The position numbers and the translations under genes were made by a program. The notes below the pieces were generated by a model, which did not search any database, had not been told where the DNA came from, and saw only the letters and a program-made list of their open reading frames with translations. From contig CM069137.1 in the NCBI GenBank assembly GCA_035221665.1, positions 35,836,001-35,900,000 on the forward strand: a stretch of DNA of 64,000 nt. Reading direction: 5' to 3'. This DNA is from Okamejei kenojei. Lineage: Eukaryota. The number at the start of each line of letters is the position of its first letter. The stretch's first letter is position 1. Below are positions 26,241 to 39,565 of this stretch, in pieces.

Positions 26241-26571
26241 TTGTTCCCTATGTTGGGGGAGTCCAGAACCAGGGGCCGCAGTTTAAGAATAAGGGGTAGG
26301 CTATTTAGAATGGAGACGAGGAAACACTTTTTCACACAGAGAGGTGTGAGTCTGTGGAATTCTCTGTCTCAGAGGGCGGTGGAAGCCGGTACTCTGGGAA
26401 CTTTCAAGAAAGAGCTAGATAGGGCTCTTGAAGATAGCAGAGTCAGGGGATATGGGGAGAAGGCAGGAACAGGGTACTGATTGTGGATGATCTGCCATGA
26501 TCACATTGAATGGTGGTGCTGGCTCGAAGGGCCGTATGGCCTACTCCTGCTCCTATTGTCTATTGTCTATT
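26241..26571 (+). mobile_element. CR1-like LINE 3' end
   Basis: FPMLGESRTRG..LRI...FFTQR.V..WNSL; (ATTGTCT)n tail. Confidence 0.85.
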
Positions 26572-29500
26572 CGGCTGCAAGGTGAATAGTGGCAATTAAA
26601 GGGATCATGAACTATTTCCTATTTGTGAGTTTCCACAAGAGTTGGTGCTTTCTACAGTTGGTTCAACTTGAAGAAATCCAGAGGGAGTGGTGAGAATTAG
26701 TGTGCAGGAACCAATGGAATATTGCTGACTTGGTTTCAGTGCAAGTTCTGCATATGTTTGCAAATCATAAGTTCTTTAGAAAGTACTTTTTTAATAATAA
26801 AACATAACTGGGAGACTGATCAGAGGATATGTAGCACAGAAAATTGAGAATAAGGAGAAGAAGGATTTTCAGCCCACAGGGTTCAGGGAGAAAATTCTGT
26901 TCCATAAACTTCAGCAATGAATAATATGTAAGGTATCTGGGTTTCCATAACTACATGCACTCTGATGCATCTGGTATTGCAACCTTAAATCAGAGCCACA
27001 TTACAAGAGGCTTTCAAGTAATTGTGACACTGAAATTGTATGAATTGGGCCTTCTCAAAGCTGAAGGTGGAGCTGGAATAATTCGCAGCAACTTGCAGTT
27101 TATTGTGCAGTGCAGCCTTAGGGACATTTCTCAAACAAAAACTATTTTTATTTCTTTCCCATTGCTTGCCAGTAATGGGCAGGCAAAGTGAGCATGTCGT
27201 TTTGTGAGAATTGATAACATCCTCAATAATAGAGGGGACTATTGATTACTTTGGGGATGCTGTTTTGGAATTGTATCCTGTATACATTTAGCAGAATTCC
27301 AAAATTCCATCCTTTTTCTGAAGGATAACTGTCAACTGTTAAGTGTGTGCCCATAGGTAATGACTCATGTAGATACATTCTTTGTATCCTGGCTGCAGTC
27401 ACAATGCTGCCAATCCGTGGCAGTCCATTGATCTTTTATGACTTAGTTCTACAGCATGGAATCAGGCTCTTTGGCCCAACTTGCTCATGCTGACCTAGAT
27501 GCCCCATCTACACTGGTCCCATCTGCCTGCATTTGGCCCACATCCTAAACCTTTCCTACCCAATAACCTGCCCAAATTTCTTTTAAAATGTTTTGCGTGG
27601 CCACTAAGTTTACAAGAATTATCAATTGATGACAGATGTTTGCAAAAATATGGCATAAAAAACCTGTATTTAGGCACAGTAGGAATACCTCTGCTGTTTG
27701 AACTGCATGGGAGTAGACCTTCCATATGAAAAATTGTTGCGAAGACTTGTAATGGTACCCCACATGCTGCAAAACTGACCAATCTGTGGGTTCAGTGTTT
27801 TCCACCAGCTACAGTAGATGTGAAATTGACTAGCAAGAGCCAGAGTTTGAGAAAGCGGAGGAGGGGGTGGATGAGCAAGATAAAACAATTAATCGTAGCT
27901 TCGTTCTGCTCAGACCTTCCATGAAAAATTTGATATGTGCACTTACAATGCCAGTTTCCCCTTAACCAATAGCCTAGTAGATGGAATATTGCATGCTCTA
28001 GAGATTATTGCTGAGCAGATCGGGGTTAGATTTCATGGCTGAGGATTATATTATATTACTATGGACAAAAGCTGCCTGGGCTATCTGCTTGCTGAGCAAC
28101 ACCAAGTGGATTGATTGAGAAGCTGGCATAAGAGAACAAATACTAAGAGAGGGCAACAATCCATGCACAGCGTAATCACTGACATTCTCTGGGACATCAG
28201 TGGTCCTGGAGAATTATTGCACTGCAATCTCCTGAACTATTCTGAGATTGCAGCAATGTGACCTTCCACTACTGCTTGCACTGCAATTGGAGCTATCAAA
28301 TCAATCATCAGATTCTACAAATAAATTTGGCAACTAATCCTTCACTAAGAAAAAAATGAACTCTAAACCAGCCATAAGTGCCGGTACAAGATGCCATTGG
28401 ATGTGGACTTACTGTAGGCTGGTACTGAGAACGTTTCAATATGGTGTCATCATATTTCATCGGTGTACTGTTGGACTGAAGTCCTGATCAAAGTCCTCTG
28501 CTGGACAATTTGCAGACATGCATGCTGACACCTGCATTGTCATTTCCTCTGCTGTAGGTCACTGGGGTCATGTTTCCTCCCATGTACAATGAATGCCACA
28601 GTGTTAGCCTGCAAATTATGCAAAGCGTCACCATCTGAGTCAAAAGCTGTGAGTGTAAACATTATTGATGGGGTGTTCTCATGATCAGTGTCTCCCTGCT
28701 GTTCCCAAAAAACGTCCTCAGTAAATTATAAAGGCACAGAGATAGGCTATAGCGTGATGAATGAGTTGAAGGCTGGAGTTCTGCAGGGGAAGTAAGAGCA
28801 ACATCATTTCAGTGTGTAAATTAGAACTTGACGTGGACTGAGAGGAAATTGATTGTGAAAAGGGGAATTAGTTATGATATTACCGCTAGCACAGTCTGAG
28901 TAGTAAGTGTTGTCTTCCCAATAACTTTGTCAAATATCTTTGTCTCACAAAGGGGCCAAGCTGGTTAAAAATGAGATAAATATATTTACTGTCCTGCCCC
29001 CCTCAATGAGTTGCTGCCACATCTTAGTGTGCACAGGTTTCTCTTTCAAGAAAGAGAATAACTTAGTGTGCAATATCTTTTGTTGATGTGGCTGCAGTGG
29101 CAGTATAGGCAAACAGTGAGGTGTGAATGAGAGGCAACTAGCAGTGCTGTTACTGAAGAAATGTCTGTTGGCGAACTGACATTTTACAATGCATTTGTTT
29201 ACTTAAAAACTTCTGTGAGGTTCTTGACCCGAAACGTCAACCATTCCATCCCTCCAGAGATGCTGCCTGTCCCGCTGAGTTACTCCAGCTTTTTGTGCCT
29301 ATCTTCCGTGAGGCTGTTAGACTGCTTTATACATTCATAATTCCATAGATTCATAATTGTACAACATAGAAAGAGGCCATTTGGCCCAACCTGCCCATGC
29401 TCACCAAGACAGCCATCTAAGATCATCCCATTTGCTTGGGTTTGGCCCATATGTGACTAAACTTTTGCGATTAATATACATCCAAATGACTTTTTAAAAA

Positions 29501-29669
29501 CATTGTAATTTTACCTGTCACCTCATCTGGCAGCTCATTCCATGTACCCACCATATTCTGTGTGAGAAACTCCACAGATCTTGTTCAATTTCCCCCCTGT
29601 CACCTAAACCTACACAGCTTTAGATTCCCCTAACCTGGGAAAAAGATGGTGATGATCTACCCAATCTAT

Positions 29670-30463
29670 TGTTTAAGAAGAAACTGCAGATGCTGGAAAA
29701 ATCAAAGGTCGATAAAATTGCTTGAAAAACTCAGAGGGTGAGGCAACATCTATGGAGCGAAGGAAAATGTGACGTTTCGGGTCAAGACCATTCTTCAGAC
29801 TGATGTGGAGGTGGCGGGGGCAGGAAGAGAAAAGGAAGAGGTGGAGGCAGTGGGCTGTGGGAGAGCTGGGAAGGGGAGGGGTAAGAGGGAGAAAGCAAGG
29901 ACTATCTGAAATTGGAGAAGTCTGGGGTGCAAACTACCCAAGCAAAATATGAGGTGCTGCTTCTCCAATTTACGGTGGGACTCACTCCGGCCATGGAGGA
30001 GGCCCAGGACTGAAATGTCAGATTCAGAATGGGAAGTGGGGTTAAACTGCTGAGCCACTGGGAGATCAGGTTGGTTATTGCGAACTGAGCGATGGTGTTG
30101 GGTGAAGCAATCGCCAAGCCTACGCTTAGTCTCACCAATGTAAAGCAGCTGACACCTAGAGCAGCGGATGCAATAGATGAGATTGGAGGAGGTGCAGGTG
30201 AACCTCTGCCACACCTGGAAAGACAGCTTGGGTCCTTGGATGGAGTCAAGGGGGGAGGTAAAGCGACAAGTGTAGCATTTCCTGCAGTTGCAAGGGAAAC
30301 TATCAGGGGAGGGGGTGGTTTGGGTGGGAAGGGACGAATTGACCAGGGAGTTATGGAGGGAGCGTTCTCTGTGGAAAGCCGAAAGGGGAAGAGATGGGAA
30401 GATGTGGTCAGTGGTGTGATCCCATTAGAGATGACGAAAATGTTGGAGGGTTATCTATTGTAT
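29670..30463 (-). mobile_element. 5'-truncated Penelope insertion with degenerate 15-bp TSD, inside an older CR1-like 3' end
   Basis: LIYCIRCSRCQLLYIGETKRRLGD on -; pLTR with tail at left; ATCTACCCAATCTAT (29655-29669) vs ATTTACCCAGTCTAT (30464-30478). Confidence 0.85.
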
Positions 30464-30715
30464 ATTTACCCAGTCTATGCCTCTCATAACTTTACAAACC
30501 TCTCATAATTTTACAACCATCTATAAGATTATAGCTCAGCCTCCCACACTGCAGAAAAATAATCCCAGCCTATACAACTCTCCTCATATCCAAGTCTGCC
30601 GCTTACACTTCAGGCAACATCCTGTGATTTATTTTTTTGCACCCTCTCTAACTTAATGACATCTCTTCTCTACCATGGTGACCAGAACTACCCACAATTC
30701 TCCAAGTGTGGTCTA

Positions 30716-32095
30716 ATCATAATCTAATCATAATCATAATTATTAGCCATGTTTTGCAACATACGAGGAATTTGATTTGCCATACAGCCATACTAATAAA
30801 GGCAACAGAACACACAACATACACCTTAACATGAATATCGACCACAGTGACTCCTCCAAATTCCACACTGTGATGGAAGGCAAAAAAAGTGAAATCTCTT
30901 CACTTCATTGTTCTCCCCCGGCAGGGGGCCTCAAGCCTTCCGTTGATGGGACTATCTTAACTCATGTTGCCGGTGGTGGGCCTCCTTGTCTCCTAGTTGA
31001 ACGTCATGCGGTTTTACAAGATACAAGATACAAGATACATTTATTTGTCACATGTGCCAGTTGGCACAGTGAAATGTAATCACCATACAGCCATACAATA
31101 AAAATAAAGAACACAACATATTGATAGAATTCAACATAAAACATCCCCACACAGCAGAATCAAAGTTTCCCACTGTGAGGGAAGCCCCAAAGTCAGTCCT
31201 CTTCCTCTAATGTTCCTCAACGTGGTCGGGGCCTCCCGCTGGCCGCGCTGGGTGGAGATGCAACGTTGGCGCACCTCGGCAAAGGGCCCCAGGACTCCGC
31301 ATTGATGGTCAGCGCCGCCTGCGTTGGAAGCTCTCCCAAACCGCAGGTCCACGATTTTGGAGCAGCGGCCCAATGCTCCGGAGCTCCAAACGGCGATCCA
31401 GGTAGGTATCGCCCGCTCCACGGTGAATTCAGTGCTGCGCCACCGCTGTTGTAGCTCTGGTCTGGTTCCCAGTCCCCGGCAGGAAAGGCTGCTCTGATCC
31501 AGGTTGTAGGCGTGGAGGAGGGGGGGCGAAGATAGTCGCGTCCCCGCCAGGAAGCGACTGGGAAACAGTTTCCCCCTTACCCTGCTCCGCTCCCCCACAT
31601 ATAAAAGTCAAAGTTTCTCCCCAAAACAAACTTTAAACGGGCTAACAATTTAAAAAAGATTGAAAAACAAACAGGCTGTAGGCAGAGGCTGCCGTCAGTG
31701 CAGCACCCCTATTGATATACTTTTGGAGCTCCCGACTCGGTCTCTCCTGACACTATGAGCTCCTTGATGTTAAAGTCCACAGGCCATGGTTGGAGCCTCG
31801 ATCCCAGGCAAGGAATTAGCTCCGATGGTAAGTCCACGCCCCGCGGTGTGGCTCAAAATCAATCCCGAGCAAGGCCTCCAGCTCCATGATGTTAGGCCAC
31901 TCTGCGGCCAGAGATACGACTCAGAAAGCAAGGTAAGGTAAGAGATTGAAAGAAAGTTTCCCCCGACCCCCTCCCCCAGCCCCCACATAAAACAAACCAG
32001 AGAACATTCACACAAACTTTTAAAACACACTAAAAAAAAGACAATAGGACAGACAGACCGTTGGCGAGGCTGCCATCGCTGCGCCACTCGGTGGT
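30716..32095 (-). mobile_element. Cluster of two or three GC-rich non-autonomous retroposon-like segments (family not identified)
   Basis: Simple-repeat tails (ATAATC)n at ~30716 and (ATACAAG)n at ~31015 next to minus-strand AATAAA-like signals; repeated CCATACAGCCATAC and GGC(A)GAGGCTGCC segments. Confidence 0.45.
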
Positions 32096-33459
32096 CAAAC
32101 ATTCTAATGAATGTTTTGTACAACCGTAACTTGGCATCCCATCTCCTGGGCTCAGTACCATGAACAATGAGGGCAAACATGCCATACACTTTCTTTCACC
32201 ACTCTACCTACCCATGTTGCCACTTGTAGGCAAACTATGTACTTGATTCTCTCTGTTCAACAACTCTCTCCAGGACTGTGTATGTCCTGATCTGGTTTAA
32301 CTTCCCCAAATATTTCACTTTGTATTTCTCCAAGTTAAATTCAATTTTTGTCTAGTCTGTGGGACACTTCTACTTATGACATCAGGTTCCCATTGCTGCT
32401 TAGACTTGTTTCGAAGTATTAACCTCCAAGATTACACGCTCCTATTTCCTTTTGAATATATGTCTGGACAGTTTACTGCTCATCTCAGATACAAGGCATC
32501 TCTGCTGCTGATCCTCTGCCCTACACGGGAACCATGGAACTTATTTTCTTCTATGTTGCACCTTTCTTTGTGATTTCCTAGATTAGCTTCAATCGTTGAA
32601 TCTTTGCCAGAGCAACACACTTTGTTTTATGCACTATAATCTAATTTTAGGCAATGGAGAATTATTTCAATTTGTGCTAGCCCCACTTAATCTTTGCCTG
32701 CTACTGAACCATCCAACCAATGCAATTAGTGTTGCTGCATTGCTCTGTGCAGACACAGGTTAAATCACATTCACAATCCCCAGACTCATTTTGTGACCAT
32801 TCAATTCAGCCTCCAACTAAATTAAAAATGCTTACCTTCCGAGCGGGTAAAGGCTTATCTTTGCAGTGGCAACGTCATCCACTGTCCTATAGTTTCCTAT
32901 GCAGACTTAGCTGCATACAGTAGAAGCAAATAATGAGAAGTTCAAACTTTGAAAAAACGGATAAGTGTTGAGACTATTCAACCATTAATGAAATTGGAAT
33001 GTTTTCAAATGTCCCTATAATACAATGCTGCTCATGGCAATGACCATATGTCAATCATAAAGCATTTATAGTTATCAAGGTCATTAAACCACAAATGAGT
33101 GAAATCTAGATATCAGAAGTGTCCTAATAATTTGTTCAAGGTAATACTGCTTACCTAATATTACTGCTAATTTATTGTATTATCGATGTATATTTATTTG
33201 TCGTGTTGGGGAACTAATGTGCCTGTAAAGCTGCAGCAAACAAGAATGTCATTGTTCTGTTCCCAGTGCACATGTCTCTTGAAGGAAGCTCAGCCATGCA
33301 TTACTCCTGCAGTAATGATTTGCTAGTCTTTTTGGACAACTAATAAGAATACATAAAGGCAAAATAATATTTGTTCACACAGCCCAGGTGTGTGCAATTA
33401 AGGCATGAGATAGTTGAGTAGTAACTATTTATTCCTAGCTAGAGTAATTGTTATAAGGA

Positions 33460-33950
33460 ATAGTAGAATTAGGCCATTTGGCCCATCATGTTTATGCGCC
33501 ATTCAATCATGGCTTATCTATCTCTCCTTCTCAAGAGAGCTTTCAAGAGAGCTTTCAAGAGAGAGCTAGATAGGGCTCTTAAAAATAGCGGAATCAGGGA
33601 ATATGGGAAGAAGGCAGGAACAGGGTACTGATTGGGGATGATCAGCCATGATTACATTGAATGGCAGTGTTGGTTCGAAGGGCCAAATGGCCTACTCCTG
33701 CACCTATTGTCTATTGTCTATTGTCTATTGTCTATTGTCTATTCTCCCCATAACCTTTGACACCTATACTAATCAAGAATCTATCTATCTTTGCCTTTAA
33801 AATATCCACGGACGGTCTCCACAGTCTTCTGTGGCAAAGAATTCCACAAATTCTCCTCCTTCTGAAAGAAAATTCTCCTCATCTCCTTCCTAAAAGAACA
33901 TCCTTTTATTCTGAGGCTATGGCCAAGCCTCTCCCACGAGTTGAAACATC
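33460..33950. mobile_element. Nested CR1-like 3' ends: + strand tail (33531-33742) inside a - strand copy
   Basis: (ATTGTCT)n tail at ~33705-33742; host reads GHSLRIKG..FRKEMRRIFF...WNSLPQK on -. Confidence 0.75.
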
Positions 33951-34289
33951 CTTTGTATGTATGTGATTGGCCTTTAATGACAGTTCTGGCACCACTGCCT
34001 CTGAATAGTTTACAATACATGCAACTGAAGATGATAGCCCTGAAATTCATTGGAGTTAGAGCCTGTTAAATGAAGAGTTGGGACTTACTGTAAATCTGCT
34101 GTTGATTTATTGCTCAACCTGATGGAATTTATGGAATCAGCTTACCCAAATTTTGATTGGAAGGCCAAGAGCACAATCATTGCAAGAGTAAGTGGAGCAC
34201 TTTTGTAAAAGTGTCTCCACAAACTCTGCAATTTACTGTAACAGTAACTTATCAAATGTCAAATTTTGTCTATGTGGTGCTCTGGCTCC

Positions 34290-35335
34290 ATTTCACAATG
34301 GCAAGCAGTAACTAGTGGGGTACCGCAGGGCTCAGTGCTGGGACCCAGCTATTTACAATATATATTAATGATCTGGATGAGGGAATTGAAGGCAATATCT
34401 CCAAGTTTGCGGATGACACTAAGCTGGGGGGCAGTGTTCGCTGTGAGGAGGATGCTAGGAGACTGCAAGGTGACTTGGATAGGCTGGGTGAGTGGGCAAA
34501 TGTTTGGCAGATGCAGTATAATGTGGATAAATGTGAGGTTATCCACTTTGGTGGCAAAAACAGGAAAGCAGACTATTATTTAAATGGTGGCCGATTAGGA
34601 AAAGGGGAGATGCAGCGAGACCTGGGTGTCATGGTACACCAGTCATTGAAAATAGGCATGCAGGTGCAGCAGGCAGTGAAAAAAGCGAATGGTATGTTAG
34701 CTTTCATAGCAAAAGGATTTGAGTACAGGAGCAGGGAGGTTCTACTTCAGTTGTACAGGGTCTTGGTGAGACCACACTGGAGTATTGCGTACAGTTTTGG
34801 TCTCCAAATCTGAGGAAGGACATTATTGCCATAGAGGGAGTGCAGAGAAGGTTCACCAGACTGATTCCTGGGATGTCAGGACTGTCTTATGAAGAAAGAC
34901 TGGATAGACTCGGTTTATACTCTCTGGAATTTAGGAGATTGAGAGGGGATCTTATAGAAACGTACAAAATTCTTAAGGGGTTGGACAGGCTAGATGCAGG
35001 AAGATTGTTCCCGATGTTGGGGAAGTCCAGGACAAGGGGTCACAGCTTAAGGATAAGGGGGAAATCCTTTAAGACCGAGATGAGAAAGACTTTTTCACAC
35101 AGAGAGTGGTGAGTCTCTGGAACTCTCTGCCACAGAGGGTAGTTGAGGCCAGTTCATTGGCTATATTTAAGAGTGAGTTAGATGTGGCCCTTGTGGCTAA
35201 GGGGATCAGAGGGTATGGAGAGAAGGCAGGTACGGGATACTGAGTTGGATGATCAGCCATGATCATATTGAATGGCGGTGCAGGCTCGAAGGGCTGAATG
35301 GCCTACTCCTGCACCTAATTTCGTCTATATGTTTC
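34290..35335 (+). mobile_element. CR1-like LINE, 5'-truncated
   Basis: SGVPQGSVLGP, SKFADDTKL, WQMQYNVDKCEVIHFG, RLRGDLIETYKI and the shared 3' UTR. Confidence 0.92.
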
Positions 35336-35440
35336 TCTGGCTCCATCTCCAACCATTATACCATCTTCATTTCCAATCTATATTTCGCCCATTCCAAAGT
35401 TCAGAAGCTTTCACTGTGGATGATCAGACTGGCATAATTA

Positions 35441-35975
35441 AGGGGCTGTCCCACTTCGGCAACCGAATTGGTGAGTTTAGAAGAGTTTAGAAGTGTTTGA
35501 AAAAATGTCATGTTGAAGACCTCCTTCGAGTATGTAGAAGACCTCCTTCGACCATCTTGAAGAGTAGCTTCGACTAGCTTCGGGAAAATTGGACAGCGGA
35601 TAATGGAGAGTGAAGGCGACCCCCCTTCGACCTCCCTTCAACATTGTTGAAGACTATCTACGACTACCTTCGACTACCTACGATTACCAATGAATAACAT
35701 GCCGACCTACTACGACCTACTTCGACTAAGCCTACGAGTAAAAAAAGTATTGATTTTTTTCCATGGCGACCTTATTTTTAATCGCGGGCATTTTTCAACA
35801 TGTTGAAAAATACGCCGCGACTTAGCTGAGGCTTCAAATACGCGGGGATTACTCTTGAGCATGAAGGAGAGTTACAAAGACCTCCTAGGACCTCGTGTCA
35901 ACCATGCTGCGAGTATGAGTCGAGGACAAACTCGTCGGAAATCACGGTTTAGGTCGCCGCACTGGGACAGCCCCT
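35441..35975. mobile_element. Harbinger/PIF-type non-autonomous transposon
   Basis: TIRs AGGGGCTGTCCCA / TGGGACAGCCCCT, flanks TTA/TCA, many CT(T/A)CGA subrepeats, internal palindrome. Confidence 0.8.
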
Positions 35976-37962
35976 TCAAGTACATTGTGCCCAACAATCA
36001 CTTTAAAAGAGTGGCTGCAGAATAATCAATTGAAGGGAGTCTCCACTCACAACCAGTGCTTGTAGTGTTGCTTTACATTTGGAATTGGTGTGCTACAATG
36101 CTGAGAAATATATTCTGAACTTTATCTTCTCCTATGCTCTCTTAGGTGCAGGCTCGAAGGGCCGAATGGCCTGCTCCTGCACCTAATTTCTATGTTTCTA
36201 TGTTTCTATGCTCTACCTATTGTACTTTGAGTTTGGCTTGAATATATTGATATGCAGTATTAAATCATTTTATTAGATAGCATGCAAAACACAGCTTTTT
36301 ACTAAACCTAAACCTAAATCTTAGCTTGGATGTTATATACTGTAGATAAAGTCCTCTGAAATGGTATAGCAAGTAAGTGGGACAATTAGTTATGCATAAT
36401 AAACGCTTGTTTTAATAGCTAAAACCATGCCCTATGGATGAATGAATAAATAATTAAAGTGACTTTTGTTTTATGAGTAGACCTTGACAATATTATTTCA
36501 CTGGAGAATATTGGATAGATCTTGCACCTTACTGTAGATAACAAGGGTAAATTATCTTACATTTAGATGCAGCAAGAATGCTATAAAGGCCATTGATGTA
36601 CGAGATCAGAAAGCAAAGTATGTGAAGCATACTTTGGAAGCGGCTAAGAAATTGGTTCTGTTTGGAGGATGCAATTTATGACTGTACAGGGAACTACACA
36701 AGAGTGGTGAAATGTTATTAACAGGTTCCCTCAAGGAACTTGAGTCATATGAAGAACATTATTGTTTGGATTGCACATAAATGATTTGAAACTAGCGCAA
36801 GGAATGAACTTGTCCAAGCTTTCTGCTGATACAAAATAGAAGGTAACTGCAAGTAATATAGCAAAACATATGCCAGAAGAGACTGGATAGATTGATACAT
36901 TTGTCTTACACAATGTCATATAATGTTCACAAACCAAATTGATCAGACACTGGAAGTTGAAGTGCGAGTGCTCGTAGGCTACAAGAAAATAACCTGGGTT
37001 ACAGGTAAATAGCTCATTCAACCAATCGATCCAATGTGCCACAGCAGCAAAATACAATTCCCAAAACAAGACCTTGTAGTGCAGAGCTAGTGAGATGGTA
37101 TACAATTGTTGGGGTTAACAATGTGAAGATAGCACTGGTATGGCCCTAATCAGAGCATGCTCAGGTAACTTTTTCCATTAACTGCAATGGGGACTTTAAT
37201 CCTGGATTTTACTTCGGAGTCACGTGAGTGACTTCGTGAAGACCCCGCCAGCACGCATGCGTGACATATCGTTGCTCGCATTTGCTACCGACATGCTGGG
37301 GGGGGGGGAGTGCGCTCTCTCCACAGCCCCTTCAAAAGGACCAGGAAAAGGTAAGTTACTTACCTTAAGTTGGTTTGCAGGTAGGAGTCTTGTTGTTTCT
37401 ACCTGCCGGTACGATGGTTGGAAAAGGGAAAGGTAAGCTTTCCAAGCGCCGCAGGACTTCTGGTCAGCGGGATTCTGCTCCGGAGCTGTTCTCAACACCG
37501 GCGGCGTCCGGGAAACGGCCTGGGGAAAAGGTGCGGAAGTCGGGCGCGCCTGTTACACCAGAGTCCAACTCGTCCCCAGAGGCAGCCGCACAGGTGACAT
37601 AATGTCAGAGGTAGGGGTAAGCCTGCACAGACTCCGGGGAGCCTGGCGCCGGGGGCCGGCACTGACTATTATCCATTGCCTTCCCACCAGGCACACGGAC
37701 CGCCACAGTCCACTCGTGGGCGGACTAGCGGAGAGTCCATGCGGGAGTCGTACGCGCCTGCAGGAGCAGGTGTTGACGACCTCCTGCCACCAGATCGCAC
37801 GCCGCCTTTCACGGGGGTAAGGTCTGCTGGTAGAAGCCCCAGTAACTTTGCAGAGCCTGGGGAAGTCGGCTTGTCGGCTACACGCAGTAGCGACGGTCGC
37901 ATGGACCGGTTGGAGCAACTGGTGGAGCGCCTCGTTCAACAAGAACAGGACTGGGAAGACCG

Positions 37963-38607
37963 TTGGTCCCGGGCATCGGCTGTCGGCCGCCGAGTATCTC
38001 GTCTTCCTCCGTTGGGACTGCCAAGAGTCTGGAGGACGTCGAATGTGATGCCGCGCCAGACATACCGGAGGTCGCTACTCCAGAGGTGGATGAGGACCGA
38101 CTGGATATCGTGGGTAAATTTGCGACTGCGCCTCCTTTGGGAGGGCCTCTACATGCCAAACTGGCAGGGGCGATTAACTTTCTCACCTCCGAGTGGATGT
38201 TGGACCCCCACATATTTACAGAAATTATAGCTCATTTTGGTACACCAGATATCGACCTCTTTGCGTCCAGGTTGAACCATCAGATACCACTGTGTGTGTC
38301 TTGGGAACCAGACCCTGGGGCAGTGGCTATGGATGCGTTTTCACTCCATTGGGGGAAATGATTCTGCTACGCATTTCCCCCATTCTGCCTCATCAGTCGG
38401 GTATTGCAGAAAATACAACTGGATCCTGCTTCTGGCATCTTGATCATACCCGATTGGCCTACACAGCCATGGTACCCGGTGGTTCTCCAAATGATAATAC
38501 GTCCGTGGGTTCCAATTGTTCAACACCCCACTTTACTCAATAACCCCATTACAGGGCATAGTCACCCGTGCCAAGGTCACCTAAACCTGTTGGCTTGCAG
38601 GTTCTGA
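37963..38607 (+). pseudogene. Gag-fragment::methyltransferase-like fused frame (one internal TGA at 38359-38361)
   Basis: LAGAINFLTS joined to EWMLDPHIF at ~38190; ORFs 37963-38361 and 38404-38607 share one frame. Confidence 0.75.
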
Positions 38608-39565
38608 AGAGGCCGCTCATGGAGGCCGGCATTACGCCCAGAGCAATGCACCTCATTTCAGCATCATGCAGAGTATCAACTAGGCAGCAGTACCTCACCC
38701 AGATCAGGAAGTGGGAAGCCTACTGCTCCCGAACACATACCACCTACAACTCTGCCACGATCCCTGACGTCCTGGAATTCCTAGCGGGCCTTCATTATGA
38801 TGAGGGTCTCAAGCTACAGTGCCATCAACAGCGCCAGGAGTGCGCTCTCCTCATACCTGAATATAGGTGTGGGCACACACCATCTGATGTCCAAATTCAT
38901 GAGGGGAGTGTTCAACACCAACCCTCCCCGACCCTGATACAACATCACTTGGGATGTGGGTGTAGTACTTATACTACTGAGAAGCTAGTCCCCTATGACA
39001 GGACTACCTCTTGACAAGCTCACCCTTAACGTGGTGATGCTGATAGCACCGACTTCAGCTCAACGAGTCCAGGCCTTGCAGAAGCTTCGGCTGGACCGGA
39101 TGGTCTCGATTCCCGCAAAGCTGACCTTCTTTGTCAAGGACCTGCTGAAGCACCATAGGGCTGGGTCTTCTGGACTGCAGTTGGAATTCCGGGCATACCC
39201 CTCTAATGCCACCCTCTGCATAGCCACCCATCTCCGCTATTACATCCGCACAACCCAAACCGTCTGGAAGATGGAGCAGGGGCTCCTCATCAGCCACAAA
39301 CAACCACATCACCGGGTGACTGTGCAGACCATCACCACGGTGGCTCAGGGTGGTGTTGGGTGCAGCTGGTATCGATACTAATGTTTTTAAATCTCACTCT
39401 ACCAGGTCTGCATCCACATCAGCGGCGAGGGCCATGGAGGTGCCCATGGACCACATCCTCGCTACCGCGGGCTGGGCCAGTGAGTGGACTTTCCAGAGGT
39501 TTTACAATAAACCGGTGGTCGTCCCCGCTACATTTGCGGATGCCGTGCTGGGAGCCGCTCCATGA
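38595..39565 (+). pseudogene. DIRS tyrosine recombinase (frameshifted)
   Basis: STRQQY...W, SAQR (catalytic Arg position), HSTR, GW, FY motifs. Confidence 0.9.

Noticed and set aside
32836-32910. Minus-strand exon-like segment (TATGCAG ... GAAG|GTAAGC)
   Set aside because: Stops in all three frames from the best acceptor; the peptide from weaker acceptors is not recognisable and no partner exons were found.
36731-37160. 124-aa minus-strand ORF
   Set aside because: Antisense to a highly decayed CR1-like RT remnant (INDL and SK..ADTK traces on +).
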